From a virus (lineage: Duplodnaviria; Caudoviricetes), in IMG/VR virus record IMGVR_UViG_3300048576_000499, positions 1 to 34,802 of that record: 34,802 bases of DNA. One strand, written 5' to 3'. A program made the position numbers and the translations under genes. Below, one piece after another: positions 34,070-34,802 of this stretch. The notes beneath the pieces are model-generated. The model had not been told where the DNA came from, made no database searches, and saw only the letters and a list, made by a program, of their open reading frames with translations. Each line of letters opens with the position of its first letter. Position 1 is the first letter of the stretch.

Positions 34070-34802
34070 CAATCCGCAGCATGTACGTCTGCCAGGCGCC
34101 GACCTTTATCAGGGGGATTGCCTGGCCGTCATCCCCGGCCTGGCAGGTTTCTTCGACGCCGTGGTCACCGATCCGCCGTATTCGAGCGGTGGGCAGTCTA
34201 AGGGCAACCGCGCGGCCTCGACCGGTGCGAAATACCTGAACAGCAGCGCGACGGCATGGCCGGACTTTGCCGGCGACGCGAAAGACCAGCGCAGCTACTT
34301 GCACTGGTCGGCCCTCTGGATGGCCTTGTGCTTCGAGAAGCTGAATCCGGGCGGCTTGATGATCGTGTTCAGCGACTGGCGGCAGTTGCCGGTCACTTCC
34401 GATGCGCTGCAGGCCGCCGGCTTCACCTGGCGCGGCGTGGGCGTCTGGGACAAGGCCGGCAGCGCCCGACCCTACAAGGGCGGCTTCAAGGCGCAGACCG
34501 AGTTCTTCGTTTGGGGCAGCAAGGGGCCGCTGGCGGGTGAGACCTACTCGGCCGGGCTGTTCCGGGTGCAGCAGAAGCCGGGAGAGAAGCTGCACCAGGT
34601 AGGCAAACCCTTGGCCTTGATGGAGTCCCTGGTGGCGGCCTGCGGCCGGCGCATCCTCGATCCGTTCATGGGCTCGGCCACGACAGGCGTCGCCGCCCTT
34701 GGCCAGGGCAAGGAGTTTGTCGGCATCGAGGTGTGCGAGCATTACTTCCAGGTGGCTGTGGATCGGCTGCGCTGTCTCACGTCGGCCGGCTGGAACTCGT
34801 AA
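34035..34802 (+). CDS. DNA N6-adenine/N4-cytosine methyltransferase (beta class)
   Basis: Catalytic TDPPY precedes SAM-binding DPFMGSATTG; H...KP..L motif. Confidence 0.92.
   Translation: MESKHPQHPIFNNPQHVRLPGADLYQGDCLAVIPGLAGFFDAVVTDPPYSSGGQSKGNRAASTGAKYLNSSATAWPDFAGDAKDQRSYLHWSALWMALCFEKLNPGGLMIVFSDWRQLPVTSDALQAAGFTWRGVGVWDKAGSARPYKGGFKAQTEFFVWGSKGPLAGETYSAGLFRVQQKPGEKLHQVGKPLALMESLVAACGRRILDPFMGSATTGVAALGQGKEFVGIEVCEHYFQVAVDRLRCLTSAGWNS

Larger units (their letters stand above)
169..34802. mobile_element. Mu-like transposable prophage (B3/BcepMu-type arrangement, myovirus tail); right end not in window
   Basis: DDE transposase plus AAA transposition ATPase, gam, gemA, mor, Mu-type I/T head genes, L/M/N/P/gp45-48 tail genes and com. 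Inserted inside a host gene. Left boundary is 169 or 181. Confidence 0.95.

Overview
The window is almost entirely one Mu-like (transposable) contractile-tailed prophage with a B3/BcepMu-type gene order. It is inserted near nt 169-181 into the 5' end of a host MATE (NorM-like) efflux gene. Left arm (minus strand, read right to left): holin, SLT endolysin, Rz/Rz1 spanins, small and large terminase, portal, a Gp49-family (Acb4-like) gene, MuF with a C-terminal nuclease-like extension, and gpG. Centre: CI-like repressor with three low-GC co-oriented accessory genes, divergent from ner, a DUF3102-like gene, transposase A and B, gam, DUF2786, MazG-like, gemA and mor. Right arm: protease/scaffold, capsid, neck, sheath, tube, frameshifted chaperone, tape measure, baseplate, a short tail fibre, then com and a DNA methyltransferase. 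The right prophage end lies outside the window. The most informative non-coding signals are: a four-copy GGAAACATTTCC box, always 27 bp upstream of a -10-like hexamer; a 15-bp hairpin that hides the holin ribosome-binding site unless transcription starts at that late promoter; a Com-type translational switch on the methyltransferase; and several unexplained structured elements (after MuF, after the capsid gene, before com). Family names come from recalled motifs and synteny, not from database searches.
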